Source: Anaerolineales bacterium
GTDB lineage: Bacteria; Chloroflexota; Anaerolineae; Anaerolineales; UBA4823
NCBI GenBank assembly: GCA_035291705.1
Contig: DATDRM010000139.1
Span: 1 to 41,559 of the forward strand
Reading direction: 5' to 3'
Length of the DNA: 41,559 nucleotides
Under the pieces are notes generated by a model, which saw only the letters and a program-made list of their open reading frames with translations, was not told the origin of the DNA and made no database searches. Positions 18,080 to 26,450 of this stretch are shown here, in pieces. The position numbers were made by a program, and so were the translations under genes. The first letter of the stretch is position 1, and every line of letters starts with the position of its first letter.

Positions 18080-19999
18080 CAGAATAACTCCGGGTAGCAT
18101 CATCCTGTCCAGTCCCGAATTAACCCACCAGCTGATATCATGCACGCTGTCATATGAGGCCAGGTAGTACATCCCCAGGATTGCCAGGATGTACAATAAG
18201 CCGCAGATCAGGATCGGGGATATCGTCCCCCGCCATCTGCCAGGCCTGACTAGGGCGAGCGCCCAGGCCAGGAGCATCCCAATGCCCAACACACCCCAAA
18301 CCTGGGCGCTGAACAAATCAGTGAACAGGGAACGCAGGATATACACGGCTTCTACCGGATGAAAATCCCCCGCCAGATTGCGCTGGATGGCTTCCATTGC
18401 CAGCCCAGACTTTGCCGCCTGGTCTGAGTAGGCCATGGCCTTGACCAACCACCAGAAAACCCAATAGCCGCACAAAGGTGCAACTAGCAGCGCCGCCTGG
18501 CGCCAAGGCTTGCCCTGAGCCTTGTCCTGAGCAGAGCGAAGGAGCTGGCTAAGGGGCAGCACTCCCGGTCGTTTGAAGTAAGCCAGCCCAAGCAGTAAGA
18601 GCGCCCCCAGCCAGGCCAGCACGAGTCCTTCAGGCCTGGTCCAGGCAGCCGCGGCAAAGAACACCCCGCTCAGAAAGATTCGCCCCTCTGCCTGCCGGGA
18701 GGCAAGGGCTGCTATCACCCCGGGGAATAATATCACCGCCGTGACCAGGTAATAAGCCATCGGCAGGTTAGCAAAGCCAATCGTGGCGTGCCGAAAGAGG
18801 ATCGGCGTGCTGGCCAGCAGCAGGGTGGCTAACCCGGCAATGGGGCGGTTTACCTTGATTTGGACCAGGAACCCATAGACAAGGAACAACAAAGCCAGGT
18901 AATAACCGCTGAAGATGACTTTTGAGGCGGGGAGCGTTTCTTGAAACAAGCTGCGAAAAGCAGCAATGAGCACAGGAACCAGCAGCGGATAGGGCAATGT
19001 GTTGGTGCCCCAGGAGGTAACCGTGGATATATCTCCGGTCAGGGCAATCCCGTAACCCTTCACACCCCAGATTTGGATCTCATCGGCCGTATGGTAACCC
19101 TGGCCAACCGAAAGCAGTACAGCTGCTCCCCCCAGGATCAGGAAGGCGATCTGCCACAGATCGATGCGCCGCCCTGGCGGGACAGGCAAACCTGGCGATG
19201 CATTAGCCGCGCGGCGCAAACCCCTGGATACGCGAGCTGCCCACAGAGAAGCAACGCAGAAAAGGATCGTGATCCCTAAAACAAGCCTGCTATTAATCGT
19301 CATGCCGGCTAACCCCGCCAACCCTATCCCCATCGAAAGCGCAAACAACGCCAGGCCATAGCCCAGGGCAAGCCGGGTGGGGATATCCACATCCGGAACG
19401 AGGCGTCCTGAAAACAAAAAACCACCCACCACCAGCATGGTCAGCCAGGCCGCGGGCCAGGCAGCCGCCTGGAAGACCTCGAACAAGCTCTGGAAGCCTG
19501 GCTGAAAAGATACATATCCAGGGGAAGGCGGGTGATCCGGAAGCAGGAGGCCCCATTCGCTGTCAAACATACGTACATTCCTGGATGGCGTGGAATACCC
19601 ATCTCCTGGGAAGTCGCCGACGACCAGGAAATAGGTGTTCTCGCGGGAGATGGTTTGCAGACAGGCGGCGTCTGTACAGTTGAGCACCTGGCGTGGGGCA
19701 AGGAAGAACTGCATGTAAGGGGTGATGCTCAAGACCTTTAACCCGCCTCCCTCCGGGGGCAGGACGACGCGCGCGTTTGTGGGAATGTTGTCGTTTAAGA
19801 ACTGGACATAGTTGGCGAAGCGCTGGTTCTGGCCAAAGTTGGCGCTGCGCCATAATCCCGTCTGCCCGATGGCCCCCCGCACGCGCAGCATATTTTGCCC
19901 GACGTTCCCTAATAAACGCCACCCCTGGAAAAAGAGGCCGGCGAGCAACACAACGGATAACAGCCAGGTCTTTGCTTTGAACGAAAACATCGCTTTCAT
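18002..19999 (-). CDS. Large polytopic membrane protein, possibly GT-C-like, with an N-terminal extracytoplasmic domain
   Basis: This 665-aa protein has one TM, then about 170 aa of soluble sequence, then more than 12 TM helices. The loop HTADEIQIWGVKGY may be the acidic GT-C motif. Its 3' end overlaps the convergent gene by 78 nt. Confidence 0.45.
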   Translation of the reverse strand: MKAMFSFKAKTWLLSVVLLAGLFFQGWRLLGNVGQNMLRVRGAIGQTGLWRSANFGQNQRFANYVQFLNDNIPTNARVVLPPEGGGLKVLSITPYMQFFLAPRQVLNCTDAACLQTISRENTYFLVVGDFPGDGYSTPSRNVRMFDSEWGLLLPDHPPSPGYVSFQPGFQSLFEVFQAAAWPAAWLTMLVVGGFLFSGRLVPDVDIPTRLALGYGLALFALSMGIGLAGLAGMTINSRLVLGITILFCVASLWAARVSRGLRRAANASPGLPVPPGRRIDLWQIAFLILGGAAVLLSVGQGYHTADEIQIWGVKGYGIALTGDISTVTSWGTNTLPYPLLVPVLIAAFRSLFQETLPASKVIFSGYYLALLFLVYGFLVQIKVNRPIAGLATLLLASTPILFRHATIGFANLPMAYYLVTAVILFPGVIAALASRQAEGRIFLSGVFFAAAAWTRPEGLVLAWLGALLLLGLAYFKRPGVLPLSQLLRSAQDKAQGKPWRQAALLVAPLCGYWVFWWLVKAMAYSDQAAKSGLAMEAIQRNLAGDFHPVEAVYILRSLFTDLFSAQVWGVLGIGMLLAWALALVRPGRWRGTISPILICGLLYILAILGMYYLASYDSVHDISWWVNSGLDRMMLPGVILLWILGVGQVKLLDDGEDRPSSTDSI

Positions 20000-20058
20000 T
20001 GCACCCTGAAAGCGATTCTATCATGTTGGTTGACAGGATTTTCGGTATACTATGCCTG

Positions 20059-20826
20059 ATGCATCCGGTTTGCGCTGTACACTGGTTGGGGCTGGTGCCC
20101 TACGCGGAAGCCTGGCAGCTGCAGGAGCAGCTGGCCGGCGAGATCGCCGCGGGGAAGAAACCGCCGACCCTGTTGTTGCTGGAACACCCCCACACCTTCA
20201 CCTTCGGACGGCGCGGGCGGATCGAAAACCTATTGTGGGACGAAGCAGAACTTGCCCGGCAGGGAGCCAGCGTGCACTGGGTCGATCGCGGCGGTGACGT
20301 GACCTACCACGGGCCCGGGCAGCTGGTCGGCTACCCGCTGTTGCCGCTCGGCTCCGCCAACTTGCGGATTGATATCAAGCAAGACTCTGCCCGTTTACCC
20401 CAGGCCGATTATGTGGGATACGTCCGCAAGCTGGAGACGATGTTGATCGCCGCCCTGGCGCGCCTGGGGGTAGCCAGCGGGCAGGTTCCTGGTCTGACCG
20501 GAGTATGGCTCCAGCCGCACGTCCCTTCAAACTGCCCGAACTGCCCTACCGAGCTCAAGCGTCTTCCAGCCAAGGTCGCCGCTATAGGAGTCAAGGTGGA
20601 CGCGCGCGGGGTTTCCCGGCATGGCTTTGCCTTGAACGTCAACCCAGATATGTCCTACTGGGAGGGGATCATCGGTTGCGGGCTGGCCGACTACCCGGTT
20701 GCCAGCCTGGCCGATTTGCTCCATCCAGTCCCCACCATGGAACAGGTGATCCAGGCGGTGTTGGTCGCCTTTGGGGAGGTGTTCGAATTCGAGATGCTGG
20801 CCGAAATGGATCGCAATTCAGTTTGA
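20059..20826 (+). CDS. lipB: Lipoyl(octanoyl) transferase LipB
   Basis: Motifs are LEHPHTFTFGRRG, VDRGGDVTYHGPGQLVGYPLL, KVAAIGVKVDARGVSRHGFALNV. The start is uncertain (20059, 20023 or 19999). I chose the ATG giving the usual short lead before LGLVPY. Confidence 0.85.
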   Translation: MHPVCAVHWLGLVPYAEAWQLQEQLAGEIAAGKKPPTLLLLEHPHTFTFGRRGRIENLLWDEAELARQGASVHWVDRGGDVTYHGPGQLVGYPLLPLGSANLRIDIKQDSARLPQADYVGYVRKLETMLIAALARLGVASGQVPGLTGVWLQPHVPSNCPNCPTELKRLPAKVAAIGVKVDARGVSRHGFALNVNPDMSYWEGIIGCGLADYPVASLADLLHPVPTMEQVIQAVLVAFGEVFEFEMLAEMDRNSV

Positions 20827-20901
20827 CACATGGTAAAAAAAACAGTACACTTATACCAGCCCAAATTTTCTTCATCTGGGGAACAAATCTAGGAGGATGA
20901 A

Positions 20902-21630
20902 ATGGCTTACCAGTCCTATCAACTTGTCATGAAAACCGGCCCGGCTCCTGGCAAGACGTTTGCCATAGAAAAGAGCGAACTTTTTTTCGGTCGAGACGTC
21001 GCCAACGAGGTCTTTATCAATGACGCGGAAGTCTCTCGCCGGCATGCCCGGCTGACTGTGCAAGCTAGCGGCTACATTCTGGAAGACCTGGGGTCTACCA
21101 ACGGCACTTTTGTCAACGGGCAACGCCTGACCGGGCCGCGCGTCCTGCGCCTCGGCGATATGATCATGCTGGGCGAGAACGTCAGCCTGGTTTTCGAAAT
21201 GGCCTCCTATGATCCAAACGCCACCATGGTCAGCGCCCCCGGCACAGTAGTCGCCCCACAACCCCCGCCAGTTGTAGCGCCGCCGCCCATGCCAGCTTAT
21301 GTGCCGCCAGCCCCGCCGCCCCCCGCGCCAGCTTATGTGCCGCCAACCCCGCCGCCCCCCACGCCAGCTTACGTACCACCGCCCGCCCCACCTCCCCTGG
21401 AGCCTGCATACGCTGGGCGGGTTCCAGCCAGCCCACTAGAGCCGATCATTCCGGAGGAGCAGAGGCCCCGCAGGACATGGTTATGGGTCAGTTGCGGCTG
21501 TTTGGTTGTATTGCTCTGCTTGCTTGTCGCAGGGGGATACGCTTTTGACTCTTTAAATTTATATTGCACGCCAACTTTTAAAAGCATTACAGTCCTGGTA
21601 GGCGGACCCTTTGGCATCACCTGCCCGTAA
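20902..21630 (+). CDS. FHA-domain protein with a proline-rich repeat linker and a C-terminal TM anchor
   Basis: AGGAGG RBS is present. The FHA core reads FFGRDVANEVFINDAEVSRRHARL......YILEDLGSTNGTFVNGQRL. Then come (PAYVPPxPPPP)x3, the TM WLWVSCGCLVVLLCLLVAGGYAF, and a short Cys-containing tail. Confidence 0.85.
   Translation: MAYQSYQLVMKTGPAPGKTFAIEKSELFFGRDVANEVFINDAEVSRRHARLTVQASGYILEDLGSTNGTFVNGQRLTGPRVLRLGDMIMLGENVSLVFEMASYDPNATMVSAPGTVVAPQPPPVVAPPPMPAYVPPAPPPPAPAYVPPTPPPPTPAYVPPPAPPPLEPAYAGRVPASPLEPIIPEEQRPRRTWLWVSCGCLVVLLCLLVAGGYAFDSLNLYCTPTFKSITVLVGGPFGITCP
21292..21399 (+). repeat. 36-bp in-frame tandem repeat (2 near-identical copies plus 1 degenerate) encoding PAYVPPxPPPPx
   Basis: Copies start at 21292, 21328 and 21364. 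Copies 1 and 2 differ at 2 of 36 positions. Confidence 0.9.
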
Positions 21631-21656
21631 GTCCCAAACCAACCTTTATCACATAC

Positions 21657-21691
21657 AATTCGCCTGGTCTACCCAGGCGAATTTCTTTATT
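21657..21691 (+). terminator. Rho-independent terminator after the FHA gene
   Basis: AATTCGCCTGG (21657..21667), loop TCTAC, CCAGGCGAATT (21673..21683), then TCTTTATT. Confidence 0.7.
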
Positions 21692-21720
21692 ATATGCTGG
21701 TAAGTTTCCAGACAGCCCTC

Positions 21721-23229
21721 CTATTGGGTCAACCATTCTAACTCATCAAGGGCGATATTAATCTGGGCCAGCGTCTTCTCTGCTTCAACATAATTGCCAG
21801 CACGCAAATCCCTATCAGCCTCTACCAGCATGGCCTCCAGAGAAATGTTTTCAGGGTCTTCAGGATGGCGCAGGTAATCCGCCACGATCCCCCGCTGGCG
21901 CATTTGCTCTGCCCCTGGCAACCAGGCTGTCAGGAAATATGCGGAAGGGTCCAGCAATTGTTGGTAGCGCCGCACGGTATCATAATAATAGACTGACAGG
22001 CGGATGTCATCGTACATGTCCGGGTTAATCTGCTGGCGGCGGAGTCTTGCCAGAAAGCGCGCTTCCAGCTGGGCCAGCGTCAGGCCAAAGTGGGCTTGCA
22101 GGGCAGTATCGAGCGCTTGCGATTGTTTCCCGCTGGAATGGGGATGAATGTCCCGGTAAAACATATCGAAAGCCTTCCATCCAAAAGCATTCACCATGTA
22201 ATTCACCAGGGCACCCCCTTCCAGGTAGCCGATCTCGTGCTGGGAAGTATAAAACGCGTCGGCGAGTGGCGCCAAAGGCAGGTACCATCCCAGATCCACC
22301 AGGGCTGCGGCTCGCGGTAGCAGCGGTTCTCTCTTGAAGTGGCCCCCCGACAGGTAGACCGCCAGGCCCTCCACCAATAACGCTGGGCGCAGGTCGCCCG
22401 CCAGGCGACTATCCAACAGGTGGATCATCTCGTGGTGCAAGACCTGAGAAAAATCGTTGCCGGCATAGTTTTGATCCAGATAAGATATGTAGATCTCGCT
22501 GGCAGCGAACCCCCCATGCCCCAGGACGCGCGGCAAAACCGTGATTGGGATCGGATCGCTAAATTCAATTCCCATGCTCTCCACAGCGTCGCGCGCCTCT
22601 TCATCAGCGCTCGCCAACAAGGATGGCAGATCAAAGGCTGCTTCAGTACCGGTAATATAGTGCAGCTGGCAACATTCATTCTCCGCGGTTTCCCACTTCG
22701 CCCCGGGTTCAGGGGGAGGCAGATCATCCCTCGGGAAAAGCCTGACCGTTTCAGTCCAGGAGAGACCATCTGGCAGGATCGAGATATTGAGGAGATATTT
22801 GCCAGCAGCTAATCCCCGTGTGTCCCACACCCAGGTCAGGGTGGCTTGCAAGCGTCCGCCAATCCCATAAGGGCCAAAATCAGCCGTTCCCAGGTCGATT
22901 GGAGCGGAGTTGTTCACCTGAACCTGCACTTGTGCCTCATCCATATCCGCTTCATTTGGCGCGATGATTTCTAGGCTTATCAAGTCACCTGTATAAATTG
23001 GGCCATCGGGGTGAAAGTGGACTTTGAACGAGCCCTTTGGTTGCGTTGTAGTCGGCGTTATGTGCGGTGGAGAACTTGTTGGAACTGGCGTTGATAAAGG
23101 CGTCGCACTAGGAATCTCCAGGGTATTCGTGGGAGAAGTCGCCTGGGAAGCTAGAAGAGCCTCAGGAAAGGTCGAAATAGCCTGGCAGGCCAGAAGAAAA
23201 ATAGATATAAATATAAGCAGGCGGCGCAT
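21721..23229 (-). CDS. Secreted zinc metallopeptidase, peptidase_MA-like (HExxH ... EGLA)
   Basis: The signal/anchor is MRRLLIFISIFLLACQA (ATG 23229; open to 23289). A P/T/S-rich linker follows. The active-site context is VLHHEMIHLLDSRLAGDLRPALLVEGLAVYLSGGH, which matches the peptidase_MA_2-type gluzincin pattern. Confidence 0.6.
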   Translation of the reverse strand: MRRLLIFISIFLLACQAISTFPEALLASQATSPTNTLEIPSATPLSTPVPTSSPPHITPTTTQPKGSFKVHFHPDGPIYTGDLISLEIIAPNEADMDEAQVQVQVNNSAPIDLGTADFGPYGIGGRLQATLTWVWDTRGLAAGKYLLNISILPDGLSWTETVRLFPRDDLPPPEPGAKWETAENECCQLHYITGTEAAFDLPSLLASADEEARDAVESMGIEFSDPIPITVLPRVLGHGGFAASEIYISYLDQNYAGNDFSQVLHHEMIHLLDSRLAGDLRPALLVEGLAVYLSGGHFKREPLLPRAAALVDLGWYLPLAPLADAFYTSQHEIGYLEGGALVNYMVNAFGWKAFDMFYRDIHPHSSGKQSQALDTALQAHFGLTLAQLEARFLARLRRQQINPDMYDDIRLSVYYYDTVRRYQQLLDPSAYFLTAWLPGAEQMRQRGIVADYLRHPEDPENISLEAMLVEADRDLRAGNYVEAEKTLAQINIALDELEWLTQ

Positions 23230-23387
23230 GGAAACAATTATAGCAGTCTCTATTGTTGCCATCGCCGGTATAGCCTCCCGCTGATACAATTGGATCGATC
23301 GCCTGGCATCATCAGCTGATGGATTGACTCGTTAATTTGCCTACTCGCCGATTCGCTGAATCTATAGCTCACATTCAGGAGGTCCTT

Positions 23388-24452
23388 ATGTCCCCTATGT
23401 TCGTACCCGGTCCGGTGGATGTCGATCCGGATGTGCTGGCAGCTCAAACCAAGGCAATGCTCCCCCACCGCAGCAAGGAATTTGAGGCGATCTACCGCCA
23501 GACATGGGAAAAAGCGAGGCAATTGTTCGACACCCAATTTAGAGTATTTGTAGTTACCAGCTCAGGGACAGGGTTACAAGAAGCTGTTGTGCGGAATCTC
23601 GCCAAAAAGGACGTATTGAGCTGTGTGAATGGGGCTTTCAGTAAGCGCTGGTTTGAGGTCGCTCTGGCAAATGGAAAACAAGCAGATATCCTCGAGACAG
23701 ACTGGGATCGACCGATCACACCAGAAATGGTTGCCGAAGCGCTCCACAAGAAAAGGTATGAGGTCGTGACGATCGTCCATAACGAAACCTCAACCGGTTT
23801 ACAGAACCCGGTCGAAGAAATCGCTGCGGCTGTCCGCTCAGCCAGTCCAGAGACCTTGATCTGCGTCGACGCTGTATCTTCATTGGGTGGTGTGAAGATA
23901 AAGATGGATGCCTGGGGGTTAGATGTATTGTTCACTTCATCGCAAAAATGCCTGGCGTTGCCACCCGGATTGGCGCTTGCGGCGATTTCTGATAGAGCGC
24001 TGGTCAATGCAGAGCGGGTGCCCGAACGGGGTTGGTACTTTGATTTTCTTCGATTAGAAAAGCATCTCCACAAAGATTCCACCCCAGCTACACCCGCCCT
24101 GTCTTTAATCTATGCCTTGGATTACCAATTGGATCGTATCCTTGAAGAAGGTTTAGAAAACCGTTATACCCGGCACAGGGCAATGGCTAAGCGCGTCCAG
24201 AGTTGGGCGATCGGACGAAGCTTGGAGATATTCGCACCAGCGGGCTTTCGCTCACAAACGGTAACGACGATAAAGAATACCCGCAATATCGATGTCCAGG
24301 TCTTAAACACCCATCTGTTGGAACGGGGCATGCGGATTGCTAATGGATATGGTCCCCTAAAAGGCATTACTTTCCGAATAGCTCATATGGGAGATCTGCA
24401 ATTATCCGATATCGAAGCGCTATTGGTGGCCATCGATGAGGTTCTTAGGTAG
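23388..24452 (+). CDS. Class V PLP-dependent aminotransferase (alanine-glyoxylate / serine-pyruvate aminotransferase family)
   Basis: ATG 23388 follows CAGGAGG. Motifs are MFVPGPVDVDPDVL....MLPHRSKEF, VHNETSTG, and the PLP lysine context FTSSQKCLALPPGLAL. Confidence 0.8.
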   Translation: MSPMFVPGPVDVDPDVLAAQTKAMLPHRSKEFEAIYRQTWEKARQLFDTQFRVFVVTSSGTGLQEAVVRNLAKKDVLSCVNGAFSKRWFEVALANGKQADILETDWDRPITPEMVAEALHKKRYEVVTIVHNETSTGLQNPVEEIAAAVRSASPETLICVDAVSSLGGVKIKMDAWGLDVLFTSSQKCLALPPGLALAAISDRALVNAERVPERGWYFDFLRLEKHLHKDSTPATPALSLIYALDYQLDRILEEGLENRYTRHRAMAKRVQSWAIGRSLEIFAPAGFRSQTVTTIKNTRNIDVQVLNTHLLERGMRIANGYGPLKGITFRIAHMGDLQLSDIEALLVAIDEVLR

Positions 24453-24488
24453 GTCCTGATTTTTTCTACAAGATTTCTTAAATCACCC

Positions 24489-24517
24489 TTGACACAGAAC
24501 AGATGTTCGGTTAATAT
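24489..24517 (+). promoter_or_regulatory. Near-consensus sigma-70-type promoter (TTGACA-17-TAATAT)
   Basis: TTGACA is at 24489..24494, the spacer is 17 nt, and TAATAT is at 24512..24517. It lies about 95 nt upstream of the ATG at 24612. Confidence 0.65.
24497..24508 (+). promoter_or_regulatory. LexA-type SOS box 1 (GAAC-N4-GTTC) within the promoter spacer
   Basis: The site reads aGAACAGATGTTCg. It matches the Gram-positive (Cheo) box CGAAC-N4-GTTCG at 13 of 14 positions. Confidence 0.65.
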
Positions 24518-24520
24518 ATC

Positions 24521-24532
24521 GAACATCTGTTC
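24521..24532 (+). promoter_or_regulatory. LexA-type SOS box 2 (GAAC-N4-GTTC) just downstream of the -10
   Basis: The site reads CGAACATCTGTTCt. It is the exact inverted copy of box 1. The full arms ACACAGAACAGATGTTCG (24492..24509) and CGAACATCTGTTCTGTGT (24520..24537) are 18 of 18 complementary. Confidence 0.65.
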
Positions 24533-24611
24533 TGTGTATTGTGGAAAAGATTAGAGCACTAATATGTTGCCGATCCGACATCGGTGCGATTTAGTTCTAA
24601 GGGAGGCTCAT

Positions 24612-24881
24612 ATGAACGTGGGAATGCTTTGGTTCGATAACGATGTAAAATCAGATCTTTTTTCCAGGATCGAACGTGCCGCGATTTATTACAAAGAAAA
24701 ATATGGAAAAGCACCCAATATCTGCTTTGTCCACCCCAGCATGGCCAATCGGATTAAAGCAGTTGGTGAGGACAATCCATCGATCAAAGCGGGTGAGATC
24801 GAGGTGCGCACAACCCGGTCGGTCCTACCAAATCACATTTGGATTGGAGTGAATGGGATGAACGGCCACGCTAATGCGTGA
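24612..24881 (+). CDS. Hypothetical 89-aa protein, candidate SOS-regulated gene (no family recognised)
   Basis: ATG 24612 follows GGGAGG (24601..24606). The product is MNVGMLWFDNDVKSDLFSRIERAAIYYKEKYGKAPNICFVHPSMANRIKAVGEDNPSIKAGEIEVRTTRSVLPNHIWIGVNGMNGHANA. It has no TM segment and no motif I can name. Its 3' end overlaps the convergent holA stop by 11 nt. Confidence 0.55.
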   Translation: MNVGMLWFDNDVKSDLFSRIERAAIYYKEKYGKAPNICFVHPSMANRIKAVGEDNPSIKAGEIEVRTTRSVLPNHIWIGVNGMNGHANA

Positions 24882-25869
24882 GCTCTGCAGCCAACACATC
24901 CAGTTCGACTTCTAACTCTGCCTTGCCCGATTTCACCGCTTCGTCAACTATCAAAAGCCGGTGGTAGATTAATTCCAAGCTTTCCTTGCTGAATCTGCGC
25001 GCCTGCGGTGATATTTTCTGCGCCACAAATGGGGGGATTTTTATCAATCGCACCATATCTCCTTCATTGCCCCGCTTATCCAAAATTTCTCTCGCCAACA
25101 ACAACAAGCGAAATTGGCGAACGATCATCCCAAAAATCGATCCGGCGTCCTGGTGCCTCAACAGGTTATGCAAAGACTCGCTTGCCTGGCGACCATTTCG
25201 ATTTCCTAAGGCATCTACCAGTTCAAAAATATTTCCCTCTCCAAAGAACGTGGTTAAATTCCTGACATCATCGGCCTCAATCGGCCTTTGAAAATTCACA
25301 TATAACAACATTTTTTGGATTTCCTGATCTGCCAGGCGGACATCCTCGCCCACAATACTGGTTAATAATGCAGCTGCCTGGCTTGTTATCTCGCCTCCCG
25401 CTTCTTTCACCCGCATTTTTATCCAATTGACCATCTCGGGTCCATAAGGGACTTTAAACTCTTTGAGGTAAACCCCTTCCCCTCTTACTCTCGCCCACTT
25501 TTCTAACCAGTGTATCTCCCCTTTTTTTCTCATTTGCTCAGTCGTAAGGGCACCATCCAGGATTAAAACCAGCGCAGTGCTCACGGGAATCCTTTCAAGA
25601 AAATCTTTAAACTTTTGACGGAGCGGATCACTGTTCAGTTGCGCCAATGGATTTTTCAGTATGACCAACCGGCGCGGGGCAAGGAAAGGCATTGCGTTGG
25701 TTGTTGAGGTCATTTCTTCGATATTTAGTGAACGCCCATCCAGACTGGTGGTATTCATCTCAGCTAAAGCGGGATCGCCCAGTTTGGCCTTTAACCCGGC
25801 GACAAACTGGGCGATCGCAAACTCATCTTCGCCATGCAACACATAAACGATTGGCGGCCTGGAGGCCAT
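24871..25869 (-). CDS. holA: DNA polymerase III delta subunit
   Basis: The N-terminus is PIVYVLHGEDEFAIAQFV. The length is about 332 aa, and the C-terminus has the delta-like helical domains. ATG 25869 follows GAGGGAG. A GTG at 25875 would overlap the upstream stop. Confidence 0.75.
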   Translation of the reverse strand: MASRPPIVYVLHGEDEFAIAQFVAGLKAKLGDPALAEMNTTSLDGRSLNIEEMTSTTNAMPFLAPRRLVILKNPLAQLNSDPLRQKFKDFLERIPVSTALVLILDGALTTEQMRKKGEIHWLEKWARVRGEGVYLKEFKVPYGPEMVNWIKMRVKEAGGEITSQAAALLTSIVGEDVRLADQEIQKMLLYVNFQRPIEADDVRNLTTFFGEGNIFELVDALGNRNGRQASESLHNLLRHQDAGSIFGMIVRQFRLLLLAREILDKRGNEGDMVRLIKIPPFVAQKISPQARRFSKESLELIYHRLLIVDEAVKSGKAELEVELDVLAAELTH

Positions 25870-25871
25870 AC

Positions 25872-26411
25872 TCACTCCCTCGTTACAATCCGGTACGCCT
25901 GGAGGCGCCCACGTCGGCTGGCCACAATCTCGACCACGTGCAAGTTTCCCGGCTCCCCTGAAGTCGTCACACGTTCTTGTAGCAAAGACCCGAGGGGCTG
26001 CGCCACGATTAGGGCGACGGTCGCCAAAGTCATCGCCAGGGGCAGGCGCTCTACCTTATCACGGAAGCTTCGTCCTCCGAACATGGCCAACCCGGCTGCC
26101 AATCCGGCCAGAATCCCGGCGGTGACAAAATTAGTGCCGCAGTTAGGGTGGACAGCAAGTTGGCGCTCTCCCTTGCGCAAACGAGCCAGCGCGGCCTCGA
26201 TTGCCTCCTGGAGCTCATCGATAGGCACATCCCCCAGGATCCAGAATCCACCCACGTCGGAATGGCCTGCTAGGCTGCGTTTTGGGTGGTGCTGGGACAG
26301 GAGATGAAGCGTGGCATGCTCCAAGCCGTGGTTACGCCGGATTCTGGCGATCGCCGGTAAATTCAATAAAGATTCATAAGGGGAGGTCATTGCTGGCATG
26401 GAAAGCCTCAC
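25872..26411 (-). CDS. Conserved hypothetical protein with HxxxH and HPNCGTN motifs and a hydrophobic segment
   Basis: This is a 179-aa ORF. Motifs are RRNHGLEHATLHLL and LAVHPNCGTNFVTAGILAGLAAGLAMFG. I think it resembles a DUF family seen in Chloroflexi and cyanobacteria but cannot name it reliably. Its stop abuts the holA start. Confidence 0.5.
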   Translation of the reverse strand: MRLSMPAMTSPYESLLNLPAIARIRRNHGLEHATLHLLSQHHPKRSLAGHSDVGGFWILGDVPIDELQEAIEAALARLRKGERQLAVHPNCGTNFVTAGILAGLAAGLAMFGGRSFRDKVERLPLAMTLATVALIVAQPLGSLLQERVTTSGEPGNLHVVEIVASRRGRLQAYRIVTRE

Positions 26412-26450
26412 AGGATTGAGAACTCTATTATAAAGGCAAATCTAATCTAG

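Noticed and set aside
19999-20058. This is an N-terminal extension of the LipB ORF that shares its first base with the divergent membrane protein start.
   Set aside because: LipB homologs begin shortly before the LGLVPY motif. The extension is probably untranslated promoter DNA for the two divergent genes.
21292-21399. A 36-bp tandem repeat was considered as a possible CRISPR-like or minisatellite element.
   Set aside because: The copies are directly adjacent with no spacers. They are in frame inside the FHA gene and encode a proline-rich linker, so this is not a CRISPR array.
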